Positions 48,323 to 58,137 are shown, counted from the whole stretch's first letter. The stretch is DNA of 63,183 nt, filler included, from Thermodesulfobacteriota bacterium (GCA_036381125.1; 7 parts of 7 records of this genome joined end to end with filler, not necessarily neighbours in it), one strand, 5' to 3'. The notes: generated by a model not told the origin, from the letters alone. Program-made: numbers and translations.

Positions 48323-49465
48323 ATGAGCCTATCGAAGCGTCTTGCCCTCGTCGTGGGCGCCGCCCTTTTGGTCGCCGCCGGTCCGGCGTTTGCCCAGTCC
48401 CGAACGCTCCACCTCGGGCTCGTCGGCATCATGACCGGACCCAACGCGCAGAACGGGGAGTTCTGCCGAAACGGGGCCCAGCTCGCGATCGACGAGATCA
48501 ACGCCGCGGGCGGCGTGCGCCTCCCGGACGGCGGAAGCGCCACGCTCGAGCTGGTCGTGGTCGACGATCAGGCCAAGCCCGACATCGGGCTCAACGCCAT
48601 CCGCAAGCTGGCGAGCGACGAGCGGGTCCTCGCGTTCCTGGGGCCCGACTTCTCCGGGATCACCCTGCCGTCGCTGTTCGTGGGCGCGGAGGCCGGCCTC
48701 CCGCAGATCACCTCCTCGATCGGCGCGAAGGTCACGCAGTCGGGCTACACGCACGTCTTCCGCGGCCGGTCGAACGACGTCACCTGGATGAAGGCGCTCG
48801 TCGACTACGCTGTGGGCGATCGGAAGGCGAAGTCGGTCGGCGTCTCGTTCACCAACATCGAGCTCGGCCGCAGCGGCCGCGACGTGGCGGTCGCCTACCT
48901 CAAGGAGAAGTACGGCATCGAGCCGGTCGTCGACGTGTCGCACGGCTTCGGCGACCGGGACCTCACCGCCTCCGCCGCGAGGATCGTCCAGGCGAAGCCC
49001 GACCTCTTGATCAACTGGGGAACGCAGATCGAGGCGGCCCTCCTCCTCAAGGAGCTGCGCAACCTCGGGTGGAAGGGCACCTTCGCCTTCAACGCCGCGG
49101 ACGACATCTTCGTCGGGCTCGCGAAGGAGACCGCGGCGGGCGTGATCGGGCCGCAGAACTGGGTCTGGACCAAGGACGACGCCGGGACGACGCGCTTCGT
49201 GCGGGAGTACGAGCGCAGGCACGGCAAGAAGCCGTCTCCGCACTCCATCGTCTACTACGACGGCGTGCGTCTCCTCGCGCAGGCGATCGAGAAAGGGGGA
49301 GCAAGCCGCAAGGCGATCATGGCCTACCTGCACGGCCTCGACCGGTGGCAGGGGGTCCAGGGGACGTACGTGCCGTCCGCGAAGGGCGGAGACATCAGCA
49401 CGGCGACCGTGATCATCCGCTACACGGACGAGCTCGTGCCGCAGGTCGTCGCCAGCTACCCCTGA
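48323..49465 (+). CDS. ABC transporter substrate-binding protein (HAAT family)
   Basis: AGGAGG RBS, signal peptide AFA, LAIDEINAAGG, DDQAKP. Confidence 0.92.
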   Translation: MSLSKRLALVVGAALLVAAGPAFAQSRTLHLGLVGIMTGPNAQNGEFCRNGAQLAIDEINAAGGVRLPDGGSATLELVVVDDQAKPDIGLNAIRKLASDERVLAFLGPDFSGITLPSLFVGAEAGLPQITSSIGAKVTQSGYTHVFRGRSNDVTWMKALVDYAVGDRKAKSVGVSFTNIELGRSGRDVAVAYLKEKYGIEPVVDVSHGFGDRDLTASAARIVQAKPDLLINWGTQIEAALLLKELRNLGWKGTFAFNAADDIFVGLAKETAAGVIGPQNWVWTKDDAGTTRFVREYERRHGKKPSPHSIVYYDGVRLLAQAIEKGGASRKAIMAYLHGLDRWQGVQGTYVPSAKGGDISTATVIIRYTDELVPQVVASYP

Positions 49466-50322
49466 TGCTCGCGCAACTCATCGCCTCTGGTCTTGCGACC
49501 GGCTGCCTCTACGGCCTGATCGGCCTCGGCTTCGTCATGATCTGGAATACCGCCGCGGTCGTGAACTTCGCCCAGGGGGAGTTCGCGATGCTCGGCATGT
49601 TCCTGGCGCTCACCTTCCACATGTTCTGGGAGGTGCCGCTCTGGGTCGCGCTTCCCCTGGCCGTCGCGGGCGCCGCGGCGGCCGGGTGGGCCACCGAACG
49701 GCTCTTCGTCAGGCCGATCCTCGGCGCCGATCCGCTGAGCGTCATCATGGTGACGATCGGGCTACAGATCCTCTTCTCCAACGGGGCGAAGTTCCTCTGG
49801 GGTACGCAGCCGTACCCCTTCCCGTCGTACTCCGGCGGAGACCCCGTGCGCGTGGCCGGCCTCGTCCTGCAGCCCCAACTGGTCGTGATCGTCGCCGCCA
49901 CCGTTGCGCTCGCCTTCCTGCTCCACGTCCTGTCGCAACGGACCACCTTCGGGAAGTGTCTGCGCGCCGTGTCGCAAGACCGCGAGGCGGCAAGCCTCGT
50001 GGGGATCGACGTGAACCGGACCATCGCGCGCGGCTTCGCCCTCAGCACCGGGCTCGCCGGCGTGGCGGGGGTCCTCATGGCGCCGGTCGTCTTCGTCGCC
50101 GCGGACGTCGGCCTGCCGCTCCTGATCAAGTCGTTCATCGCCGCGGTGATCGGCGGCTTCGGCAGCCATCCCGGCGCCCTGGTCGGCGGGGTGCTGATCG
50201 GCCTGCTCGACAACCTCGTCGGCTTCTACGTCTCCACCGACTATCGCGACGCGATTTCCTTCCTCGCCCTGGTCGCGATCCTGCTGGTCAGGCCGCAAGG
50301 CCTGTTCCCGCGGCATCGCTAG
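49465..50322 (+). CDS. livH: HAAT ABC permease (LivH-like)
   Basis: GCLYGLIGLGF..VNFAQGE, RAVSQDREAASLVGI, GGFGS..GALVGG. Confidence 0.92.
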   Translation: MLAQLIASGLATGCLYGLIGLGFVMIWNTAAVVNFAQGEFAMLGMFLALTFHMFWEVPLWVALPLAVAGAAAAGWATERLFVRPILGADPLSVIMVTIGLQILFSNGAKFLWGTQPYPFPSYSGGDPVRVAGLVLQPQLVVIVAATVALAFLLHVLSQRTTFGKCLRAVSQDREAASLVGIDVNRTIARGFALSTGLAGVAGVLMAPVVFVAADVGLPLLIKSFIAAVIGGFGSHPGALVGGVLIGLLDNLVGFYVSTDYRDAISFLALVAILLVRPQGLFPRHR

Positions 50323-50338
50323 GGCGCAGGGGGAGGAC

Positions 50339-50412
50339 GTGCGCCGGACGGTCCCTCTCGTGATCGCCGCGGCGGCGCTGCTGGCGCTCCCGGCGCTCCT
50401 GCCGGCCTACCC
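50339..50412 (+). CDS. Probable start of a second permease (LivM-like), cut by contig end
   Basis: GGAGG then GTG, hydrophobic; expected operon position. Confidence 0.5.
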
Positions 50413-50512
50413 NNNNNNNNNNNNNNNNNNNNNNNNNNNNNNNNNNNNNNNNNNNNTTAATTAATTAANNNNNNNNNNNNNNNNNNNNNNNNNNNNNNNN
50501 NNNNNNNNNNNN
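50413..50512. other. Artificial contig spacer
   Basis: Same spacer. Confidence 0.98.
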
Positions 50513-50973
50513 GGCACCTGGATGCGGCTCGTCACCTGATCGATGCGCGCCCGCCGGCCGGCCGCGGCGAGGGCCCGCTCGGCGGCCTCGGGGTCGGCCT
50601 CGAGGAGATCGACGAGCGGGCGCGCCCCGCTCGCGTCTCCCGGCCGCGGCACGCCCGAGCCGCCGTCGGTCGGCGGCTGCCCGCTCGACCGGCGTCCCTC
50701 GGTCGCCCGCCCCGTACCGCCGCCGGGGGTCTCCCCCTGCCCGCTCCCCGAGCCGGTCCCCGGCGCGGAGAAGAACACGTCGAAGAGGGCGTCGAAGGTC
50801 GGGATCTGGTCGGCCTTCTTGACCAGCGTGCTGCGCAGCGCCGACTTCACCACGGCGCGGTCGCCGAGGTCGACGTGCTCGAGCGATGCCATCGCGTCGA
50901 GGGTCTCCGGCGGCGAGATCCGCAGGCCGGCCTTCCGGAGGCGCCCGATGAACTGGTGGAGCGGGGCGATCAG
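50513..50973 (-). CDS. CoxE-like VWA protein, N-terminal part
   Basis: FIGRLRKAGLRISPPETLDA..ALRSTLVK..FDALFDVFF; directly after a CoxD-like ATPase. Start codon unclear. Confidence 0.78.
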
Positions 50974-51881
50974 CGGGCGATCTCCCGGAGGTGCATCCGC
51001 ACCTGCGCGATGTCGGCCTCGTGCTTGACGGCCACGTTGAGGGTGGCCAGGACGAGGTCGCGGTCGAGCGTCTCGGCGTTGAGGAGGACGAGCGCACGGC
51101 CCCAGTCGAGCGTCTCGGCGATGGAGGGGTGCTTCTTCAGGTCGAGCTTGCGGATGCGCTGCACGGCGGCCACGAGCTGGCGGGCGAGCGATTCCTTGAG
51201 CTCCGGGACCTTGAGCCGGACGATCGCGAGCTCCATCTCCTCGCCCGGGAAGTCCACGTAGAGGTGCAGGCACCGCCGCTTGAGGGCGTCGGACATCTCG
51301 CGGGCGTTGTTCGAGGTGAGCACGACGAGCGGCCGGTGGCGAGCGGTGACCGTCCCGAGCTCCGGGATGGACACCTGGAAGTCCGAGAGGATCTCGAGCA
51401 GGAACGCCTCGAACTCCTGGTCGCTCTTGTCGACCTCGTCCACGAGGAGCACCGTGGGGCGCTCCGCGGTGAGCGCCTTGAGGAGCGGCCTGGCGAGGAG
51501 GAACTCCCGCGAGAAGAAGGCGTCGTCCTGGCCGGCGATGACCCGGACCGCCTCGTCGAGGGTGGACACGCCGGCGATCGCCTCGCCGATCTTGTCGCGC
51601 AGGATCTGCGTGTAGAGGAGCTGTTTGGCGTACTGCCACTCGTAGAGGGCCTTGGCCTCGTCGAGCCCCTCGTAGCACTGGAGCCGGATCAGCTCGCGGT
51701 CGGTCGTCTGGGCGAGGACCTTGGCCAGCTCGGTCTTCCCCACCCCGGCCGGCCCCTCGACGAGGATCGGCTTCTCCATCCGGGTGGCCAGGAAGACGAC
51801 CGTGGCCGTTTCGGGCGCCGGGAGGTAGCGGGCCTCCCGGAAGCGCGCCTCGACATCCGCAACCGAAGCAAACGTATGCAT
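50970..51881 (-). CDS. MoxR AAA+ ATPase (CoxD-like)
   Basis: EGPAGVGKT, RLQCYEGLDE, DEVDKSD.EFEAFLLE, SDALKRRC. Confidence 0.92.
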   Translation of the reverse strand: MHTFASVADVEARFREARYLPAPETATVVFLATRMEKPILVEGPAGVGKTELAKVLAQTTDRELIRLQCYEGLDEAKALYEWQYAKQLLYTQILRDKIGEAIAGVSTLDEAVRVIAGQDDAFFSREFLLARPLLKALTAERPTVLLVDEVDKSDQEFEAFLLEILSDFQVSIPELGTVTARHRPLVVLTSNNAREMSDALKRRCLHLYVDFPGEEMELAIVRLKVPELKESLARQLVAAVQRIRKLDLKKHPSIAETLDWGRALVLLNAETLDRDLVLATLNVAVKHEADIAQVRMHLREIAR

Positions 51882-51906
51882 TCGATCATTCTAGCGAATG
51901 CGAGAC

Positions 51907-51984
51907 GGGGTCACGCCTTTCCGTTCTCCGGTCGGGAAAACGTAGAGGCCTGACCCCACGGAAAATGGAAAGACCTGACCCCGG
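51907..51984. repeat. REP-like element (GGGGTCA...TGACCCC inverted pair plus an extra unit)
   Basis: Imperfect inverted pair at 51907-51957; the 25-mer at 51960-51984 is identical to 58927-58951. Confidence 0.75.
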
Positions 51985-51991
51985 GGCGGCG

Positions 51992-53980
51992 CTAGATGGA
52001 CCGGGCGACCAGCTCCGCGAGGTCGAGCGGCTTCACGCCGACGGCGGCCTCCTCCTTGACCTTGAGGCCGTCGACGAACATGGTCATGCAGAAGGGGCAG
52101 TTCGAGCAGACCGTGTCCGCGCCGCTGGCGATCGCCTCCTCGATCCGCTCGACGTTGATCCGCTTGCCGGTCTTCTCCTCGAGGAACATCCGGCCGCCGC
52201 CGGCGCCGCAGCAGAAGGAGCGGCTCCCCGATCGATCCATCTCGACCAGCTCGAGCCCCGGCAGCCGCCGCATGACGCGCCGCGGGGCGTCGTAGATGCC
52301 GTTGTGCCGGCCGATGTAGCAGGAATCGTGATACGTCACCTTCTCGGTGACCGGCTTCGTCGGCAAGAGCCGCCCCCGGGCGATCAGCTCGTCGAGCACC
52401 TGCGTGTGGTGCTGCACCTCGAATCGACCGCCGAAGGCGGGGTACTCGTTCTTGAGCGTGTTGAAGCAGTGCGGGCAGGCGGTGATGATCCGCCTGACCT
52501 TCCGCTCGTTGAGCGCGGCCACGTTCTCCTGGGCGAGCTGCTGGAAGAGGTACTCGTTGCCGAGCCGCCGTGCCGGGTCCCCGGAGCAGGTGGTCTCGGG
52601 ACCGGTCACGGCGAAGCGCACGCCGGCGGCCTTGAGGCCCTTGATGAGCGCCTCGGCGATCTTCCGGTTGCGCCCGTCGTAGATCGCGGCGCAGCCGACC
52701 CAGTAGATCACGTCGGCGTCGGGGTCCTCGTCGACGGTCTTGACGCCCATCGACGCCGCCCACTCCGCGCGCGCCTGCCGCGCCTGGCCCCACGGGTTCC
52801 CCTGGCGCTCGAGGTTGGTGAAGAGGGTCTGCGCCTCCGCGGGGAACCTCGACTCGGTGAGCACCAGGTAGCGCCGCATGTCGACGATCTTGTCGATGTG
52901 CTCGATGAAGACCGGGCACTCCTGGACGCAGCCGCCGCAGGTCGTGCAGGCCCAGAGCACCTCCTCGCTGATGACGCCGCCGGCGAGGGGCAAAGGCGCG
53001 TGGCCGCCCCCGTTCGTCGCATACGGGTCCCGCCCGGCGAGGAGCGCGGGGCCGGCCTCCTGCGTGAGGTGCTGCCGCAGGTCGACGATGAGCCCCTTGG
53101 GCGTGAGCGGCTTGTGCGTGGCCCACGCCGGGCAGGCCGACTGGCAGCGGCCGCACTCGGTGCAGGCGTAGGTGTCGAGGAGCTGCTTCCAGGTGAAGTC
53201 CTGGATCCGCCCCACGCCGAAGGTCTCCGCCTCCTCGAGGTTGGGGGTCGAGAGGGCGCCGCGCGGCCGCGAGGAGCGGAAGTAGACGTTCGGCGCGGCG
53301 GCGATGATGTGGAGGTGCTTCGAGAAGGGCAGGTAGTTCAGGAAGACGAGGACGGTGGCCATGTGCAGCCACCACGAGGCCTCGGCGCCGAACCGCGCCT
53401 CGTCCGGGGTGACCCCGTTGCCGCGCATGAACGACGCGACGGCCGACGCGATCGGACGCCACGAGCCGGGACGGCCCTCACCGACGATCGCGTACGCCTC
53501 GAAGGCGAGCAGGCTCACCATGAGGAGCGTGATGAGCGACAGGATGACGGCGGCGTCCCAGGTCTGGCTGATCCGCTCGGGCCGCCTGACGTAACGGATC
53601 GCGACGGCGAGCGCGACGCCGACCAGCACGAGCCCCGCGAAGAGGTCCTGGGAGAAGACGAACCAGCTCCGGCCCGACACCAGCGGGATCGTGAAGCCGG
53701 GCCAGAAGCCGGCGCCGAAGAGCTCGACCGTCCCCACCGTGAGGACGATGAAGCCCCAGAAGATGAGGGCGTGCATGACGCCGGAGGCGGTGAAGCGGAA
53801 CATCCGCGCCTGTCCGAGGACGAACACCCCGACGTCGTTCACACGCGCGCGCGGGTCGTCGTACCGCTCGGGATCGGGCCTGCCGAGCCGCAGGTAGGCC
53901 ACGAGGCGGCCGGCGTTCCGGGCGAAGACGGCAACGGCCACCGCCGTCAGGACGAACAGGATGATCGCGCGAGTCGTCAT
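51992..53980 (-). CDS. Membrane Fe-S oxidoreductase (FadF/EMO-like, probable ETF:quinone oxidoreductase)
   Basis: N-terminal TM domain with His residues, CTECGRCQSACP, CTTCGGCVQECP, CCG-type domains (YHDSC, CCGAGGG, CPFC). Coupled to etfA. Confidence 0.9.
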   Translation of the reverse strand: MTTRAIILFVLTAVAVAVFARNAGRLVAYLRLGRPDPERYDDPRARVNDVGVFVLGQARMFRFTASGVMHALIFWGFIVLTVGTVELFGAGFWPGFTIPLVSGRSWFVFSQDLFAGLVLVGVALAVAIRYVRRPERISQTWDAAVILSLITLLMVSLLAFEAYAIVGEGRPGSWRPIASAVASFMRGNGVTPDEARFGAEASWWLHMATVLVFLNYLPFSKHLHIIAAAPNVYFRSSRPRGALSTPNLEEAETFGVGRIQDFTWKQLLDTYACTECGRCQSACPAWATHKPLTPKGLIVDLRQHLTQEAGPALLAGRDPYATNGGGHAPLPLAGGVISEEVLWACTTCGGCVQECPVFIEHIDKIVDMRRYLVLTESRFPAEAQTLFTNLERQGNPWGQARQARAEWAASMGVKTVDEDPDADVIYWVGCAAIYDGRNRKIAEALIKGLKAAGVRFAVTGPETTCSGDPARRLGNEYLFQQLAQENVAALNERKVRRIITACPHCFNTLKNEYPAFGGRFEVQHHTQVLDELIARGRLLPTKPVTEKVTYHDSCYIGRHNGIYDAPRRVMRRLPGLELVEMDRSGSRSFCCGAGGGRMFLEEKTGKRINVERIEEAIASGADTVCSNCPFCMTMFVDGLKVKEEAAVGVKPLDLAELVARSI

Positions 53981-54963
53981 GCCAGCGCCTTCCTGGCGGC
54001 CTCCGTGAGCTTCGGGACGACCTCGAACAGGTCGCCGACGATCCCGTAGTCGGCCACCTTGAAGATGGGCGCCTCCGGGTCCTTGTTGATGGCGACGATG
54101 TACTTCGACGAGCCCATGCCGGCCATGTGCTGGATCGAGCCGCTGATGCCGCAGGCGATGGAGAGGTTCGGCGACACCGTCTTGCCGGTCTGGCCGACCT
54201 GCGAGGCGTGGTCGCGCCAGCCGGCGTCGACGGCGGCGCGCGAGGCGCCGACCGCGGCGTGGAGGACCGAGGCCAGCTCCTCGAGGAGCGCGAAGTTCTC
54301 CGGCCCGCGCATGCCGCGCCCGCCGGAGACGATGATCGACGCCTCGGTCAGCTCGACCTTGCCCCTCGCCTCCTCGAGCCGCTCCTTCACCACCACCCGT
54401 GCGGCCACCGCCGGGTCGACGGCGACCGGCAGCGTCTCGACCCTCGGCGTCGTACCCGCCCCCTCCACGGGCGGCAGCACGTTGGGACGGAAGGAGACGA
54501 GCTGCACCGGGCCGGTGAGCCGCACCTTCGCACGCGCCTTGCCCGAGTAGACCGGCCGGGTCACCGTGAGGCTGTCGGCCGCGACCTCGTCGAGCGCCAT
54601 GCAGTCGGTGGCGAGCGGCGCCGACAGCTTGCCGGCGAGCCGGGCCGAGAGGTCCTTGCCCTGAAGGGAAGCGGGAAAGAGGACGGCCGAGGGCTTTCGC
54701 GCCTTCACCGCGTCGGCGAGCACGGCGGCGTAGGGCTCCGTCCGGTAATCGCGGAGCACGGGGTCGTCGGCGACGAGCACGGCGCCGATGCCGCGCCTGC
54801 CCAGGTCCTCGGCCAGCGCGCCGACCCCCTCCCCCATGAGCACGGCCGCGACCTCGGCGCCGCCCCGCTGCTCGACGATCGCTCGGGCCGCCCCGAGCAG
54901 CTCGGAAGCCACCTTCTTGACGGCCCCGTCCTTGAGTTCCGCGTAGATCCAGACCTGGGACAT
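53977..54963 (-). CDS. etfA: Electron transfer flavoprotein alpha subunit
   Basis: IIVSGGRG, GASRAAVDAGW, QVGQTGK, GISGSIQH, AINKDPEAPIF. Confidence 0.96.
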   Translation of the reverse strand: MSQVWIYAELKDGAVKKVASELLGAARAIVEQRGGAEVAAVLMGEGVGALAEDLGRRGIGAVLVADDPVLRDYRTEPYAAVLADAVKARKPSAVLFPASLQGKDLSARLAGKLSAPLATDCMALDEVAADSLTVTRPVYSGKARAKVRLTGPVQLVSFRPNVLPPVEGAGTTPRVETLPVAVDPAVAARVVVKERLEEARGKVELTEASIIVSGGRGMRGPENFALLEELASVLHAAVGASRAAVDAGWRDHASQVGQTGKTVSPNLSIACGISGSIQHMAGMGSSKYIVAINKDPEAPIFKVADYGIVGDLFEVVPKLTEAARKALA

Positions 54964-55047
54964 GATCGGTTGCGCCCTTCGTGGCTGTGTCCGGGTGTCG
55001 GTATCGGCGCGGCCGGGCCGCGCCCGCCCGCGCCGAGCCGGCCTCGA

Positions 55048-55839
55048 CTAGATGACCTTGGCCTCCTCCCGAAGGAGCCGAACGAGGGTGGCGGCCGCGG
55101 TGGCGGGGTCGCCGTCGATCCGCTTGCCCGCCTGACGGGGAGGCGGCGTGCTCAGCTCGACGAGCGTGAGCCTGGCGCCTCCGGGCCCCACGACCGCCGC
55201 GTCGACGCCCAGCGCGGCGGCGTCCTTCACGTCGATCGGCTTCTTCTTGGCCTTCATGATGTTGGGCAGCGAGGGATACCGCGGCTCGTTGAGCCCCTTC
55301 TGGCAGGTGAGCACGGCCGGCAGCGCGACCTCGACCACCTCGCGCCCCCCCTCGACGTCGTGCGTGACCGTGGCCCGCTTGCCGTCGGCCGCGATCTCGA
55401 GCTTCGTCACGAGCGAGACCGAGGGGAGCCCGAGCCGCTCGGCGAGGAGCGCGCCGACCTGCTCCTGGTAATCGTCGATGGCCAGCTTGCCGGTGAGGAC
55501 GAGGTCGAAGGCCTCGTCCTTCACCGCCGCCGCGAGGACCGCGGCAGCCCCGAGGGGGTCGCCGCCGAGGAGCGTCTCGTCCTTCACGTGGATCGCCCGG
55601 TCGGCGCCCATGGAGAGCCCGAACCGGAGGGCGTCCTCGGCCTTCTGCGGCCCGAGGGTCACGAGCGTCACCTGCCCGCCGAACTTCTCGCGCAGGCGGA
55701 GCGCCTCCTCGATGGCGAACTCGTCGTAGGGGCTCACCTGGTAGTTCACGCCGTCGCGGACGATGTCGAGTCCGCCGGGCGCGACCCTGATCTTCGTCTC
55801 GGTATCGGGGACCTGCTTGAGACAGACGACGATGTTCAC
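55048..55839 (-). CDS. etfB: Electron transfer flavoprotein beta subunit
   Basis: IVVCLKQVPDT, PYDEFAIEEAL, MGADRA, NEPRYPSL. GTG start. Confidence 0.96.
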   Translation of the reverse strand: MNIVVCLKQVPDTETKIRVAPGGLDIVRDGVNYQVSPYDEFAIEEALRLREKFGGQVTLVTLGPQKAEDALRFGLSMGADRAIHVKDETLLGGDPLGAAAVLAAAVKDEAFDLVLTGKLAIDDYQEQVGALLAERLGLPSVSLVTKLEIAADGKRATVTHDVEGGREVVEVALPAVLTCQKGLNEPRYPSLPNIMKAKKKPIDVKDAAALGVDAAVVGPGGARLTLVELSTPPPRQAGKRIDGDPATAAATLVRLLREEAKVI

Positions 55840-56066
55840 TAGTTCTGACTCTCGGGTGCGGACAGGCGCGCGCGGATCCAGGCCTCGATGTCCTTGCGGC
55901 GAAACCGCCACTGGTTGCCCTTCTTGTATCCGTGCAGGATCCCCTTGCGCGCCATGTCGCTCACGTTATCCGGGCAGAGATCCAGGACCTGGGCGACCTC
56001 TCGGGTCTTGAGCACCTTCGGTCGCGCCGCCAGTTCCGGGAAACGACTGGACGATCTGCCGCTCAC
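55839..56066 (-). CDS. Small excisionase/BldC-like HTH DNA-binding protein
   Basis: VLKTREVAQVLDL..VSDMARKGILHGYKKGNQWRFRRKDIEAWI. GAAGGAG upstream; stop overlaps the etfB start. Confidence 0.82.
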   Translation of the reverse strand: MSGRSSSRFPELAARPKVLKTREVAQVLDLCPDNVSDMARKGILHGYKKGNQWRFRRKDIEAWIRARLSAPESQN

Positions 56067-56225
56067 GCCCTGCGCTCCTTCGTCTTCGTCCGGGTGCGCG
56101 GTCACCCTAGACGTGATGGTCGACACTGTCAAGAGTGTATGGAAATCAGGCACATGCCGCCCGATGGCGGCGGCGGGCCGGCTCGAGGCGCGGGCGGCCC
56201 TTCGCCGCCCGCCGCGCGCGGCCGG

Positions 56226-57026
56226 TTACCCCGCCGTGCTGAGCCCGATCTCGTAGCCGAGCCGGGTGGAGATCTCGGCCCCCGCGCGCTTCACGAGGGG
56301 GACGAGCTCCTTCTCGATCCGCTCGTCGGTCAGGCGAGAGGCCGGCCCGCTCACCGTGAGCCCGCCGACGACGCGCCGCGTGTAGTCCCGGATGGGGGCC
56401 GCGATGCACTTCACGTCCGGCTCGAACTCGCGGTTGTCGATGGCGTAGCCCTGCTCGGCGACCTCCTTGAGGTGCTTGATGAGCTTGCTCACGTCGGTGA
56501 TCGTGTTCTCCGTGAAGCGCTTGAGCTCCCTCGTGCCGAGCATCTGCTCGACCTCTTCCTCGCTGTCGTAGGCCAGTTGCACCTTCCCGAGCGCGGTGCA
56601 GTAGACCGGCAGCCGCGCGCCGACGCGGCTGACCACGCGGACCGTCTGCTTGGCCTCGACGACGTCGAGGTAGACGGCGTAGTTCTCGCGGACGATGCCG
56701 ACGTACGTCGTCTCGTTGACCTGGTCGACGAGGTTCTCCATCACCGGCCGCGCCTGCCTCAGGAGCCCCATCTGGTTGATGAACGTCTGACCGAGCTCGA
56801 GGCTCTTGAGCCCCAGGCGGTAGTTCTCGGTCGCCTTGTTCTGCTCGATGTAGCCGCGCGACTCCAGCGTCGCGAGCAGGCGGAACACGTTGTTCTTGTG
56901 GAGCTTCAGCTTCTTCGACAGCTCCGTCACGCCCAGCTCGTCCGTGTCGCCGCGGAACTCCTCGAGCAGGTCCAGCGCGTGCGAGACCGATTGGATGATG
57001 TAATCCGACTTGTCCTTCTTCGCCAC
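56226..57026 (-). CDS. IclR-family transcriptional regulator
   Basis: YIIQSVSHALDLLE..LHKNNVFRLLATL, YCTALGKVQLA, CIAAPI. Confidence 0.94.
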   Translation of the reverse strand: MAKKDKSDYIIQSVSHALDLLEEFRGDTDELGVTELSKKLKLHKNNVFRLLATLESRGYIEQNKATENYRLGLKSLELGQTFINQMGLLRQARPVMENLVDQVNETTYVGIVRENYAVYLDVVEAKQTVRVVSRVGARLPVYCTALGKVQLAYDSEEEVEQMLGTRELKRFTENTITDVSKLIKHLKEVAEQGYAIDNREFEPDVKCIAAPIRDYTRRVVGGLTVSGPASRLTDERIEKELVPLVKRAGAEISTRLGYEIGLSTAG

Positions 57027-57397
57027 GTTCCCAAACTCCCTCTCTACGTGCCGACCGCGTGCCCATCGGCGCACGCCGGGCGGCATCGCCGCCCGAGGGC
57101 GGCCTCCCGGTAGAATGAAATCCTCTCTCGCGCTCACTGCAACGCCCTTTCACGACCGCGGCGTCCCCTCGCGACGGCGTCGGTAGCCTTCCTGCGCGTC
57201 GTCAGGAACGTGAGCGGCGTGCGGTCGACGCAGGTCGGGTCGGATCGCCGGCCGGCAAACTCCCGGTCTGCTCCGGGCGCTGCGGCAGGATCGGCCTGTA
57301 CGGACCGCCTGTCGCTGCCTTGCTTCCCCGACGCGCGCAAACGCCACCATCGTAGCCGCGCAAGGGCCGCTCGTGAAGGACTGAACAAGACGAGCGA

Positions 57398-57425
57398 ATT
57401 GTAATATGCCGTTTTACTTCGTCAA
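57398..57425 (-). promoter_or_regulatory. Sigma70-type promoter upstream of the IclR gene
   Basis: TTGACG-N16-TACAAT on the minus strand in an AT-rich patch. Confidence 0.55.
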
Positions 57426-57524
57426 GGGGATTCTGGCCGAGAATTCCGGATACAGTGACGGCATTCTCCGGAAGCTCTTGTCGACACTTCAGTTCCGTGT
57501 TTGGCTGCCGCTGAGAGGCTGATT

Positions 57525-57982
57525 CTAGTCCGGCCTGGCGAGGACTTCGTCCAGGCGGGCGAACTCGAGCAGTCCGAGCGTCTCGCCGCGGCGCCGGCCG
57601 TCGATGCCGGCCTCGGCCAGGCGCGCCGACAGGGCCTGCGCAGACGCCGGCCCGAGGCCGGCCGCCCTGAGGGCGTTGGCGAGCGTCTTGCGCCGCTGGG
57701 CGAAGGCGGCCCGCACGACCCGCCGGAAGCGGGCCTCGTCCCCGACCGCCACGGCGGGCGCCGGGCGCGGCGTGAGGACCAGGACGCTCGACTCGACGGC
57801 CGGCGGCGGCCGGAAGGCGGCCGGCGCCACGTAGAAGGCGACGCGGATGTCGAGGTGGAGCTGGGCGATGACCGAGAGGGCGCCGTACGCCGGGCTGCCC
57901 GGCGAGGCGGCAAGCCGCTCCCCGAACTCCCGCTGGACCATGAGGACCATGCGCGCGATGGCCCGGCGCGCGTCGATCAGGG
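57525..57982 (-). CDS. rsmA: 16S rRNA dimethyladenosine transferase, C-terminal part
   Basis: LMVQREFGERL..YGALSV..FRPPPAVESSV..AFAQRRKTLANAL. Confidence 0.9.
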
Positions 57983-58082
57983 NNNNNNNNNNNNNNNNNN
58001 NNNNNNNNNNNNNNNNNNNNNNNNNNTTAATTAATTAANNNNNNNNNNNNNNNNNNNNNNNNNNNNNNNNNNNNNNNNNNNN
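57983..58082. other. Artificial contig spacer
   Basis: Same spacer. Confidence 0.98.
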
Positions 58083-58137
58083 GGCCGAGCCGCGCCTCGC
58101 TCTCGTTGCCGAACGGCTCCGCGCTTCGTCGTCCTGG

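Noticed and set aside
55839..56066. Prophage or integrative element marked by an excisionase
   Set aside because: No integrase, att repeat or phage gene; the ORF is coupled to etfB.
5872..58082. Six identical TTAATTAATTAA motifs in N runs as a biological repeat; gene clusters spanning them
   Set aside because: These are fixed 100-nt concatenation spacers. Cross-spacer adjacency is artificial and the contigs may not all share a genome.
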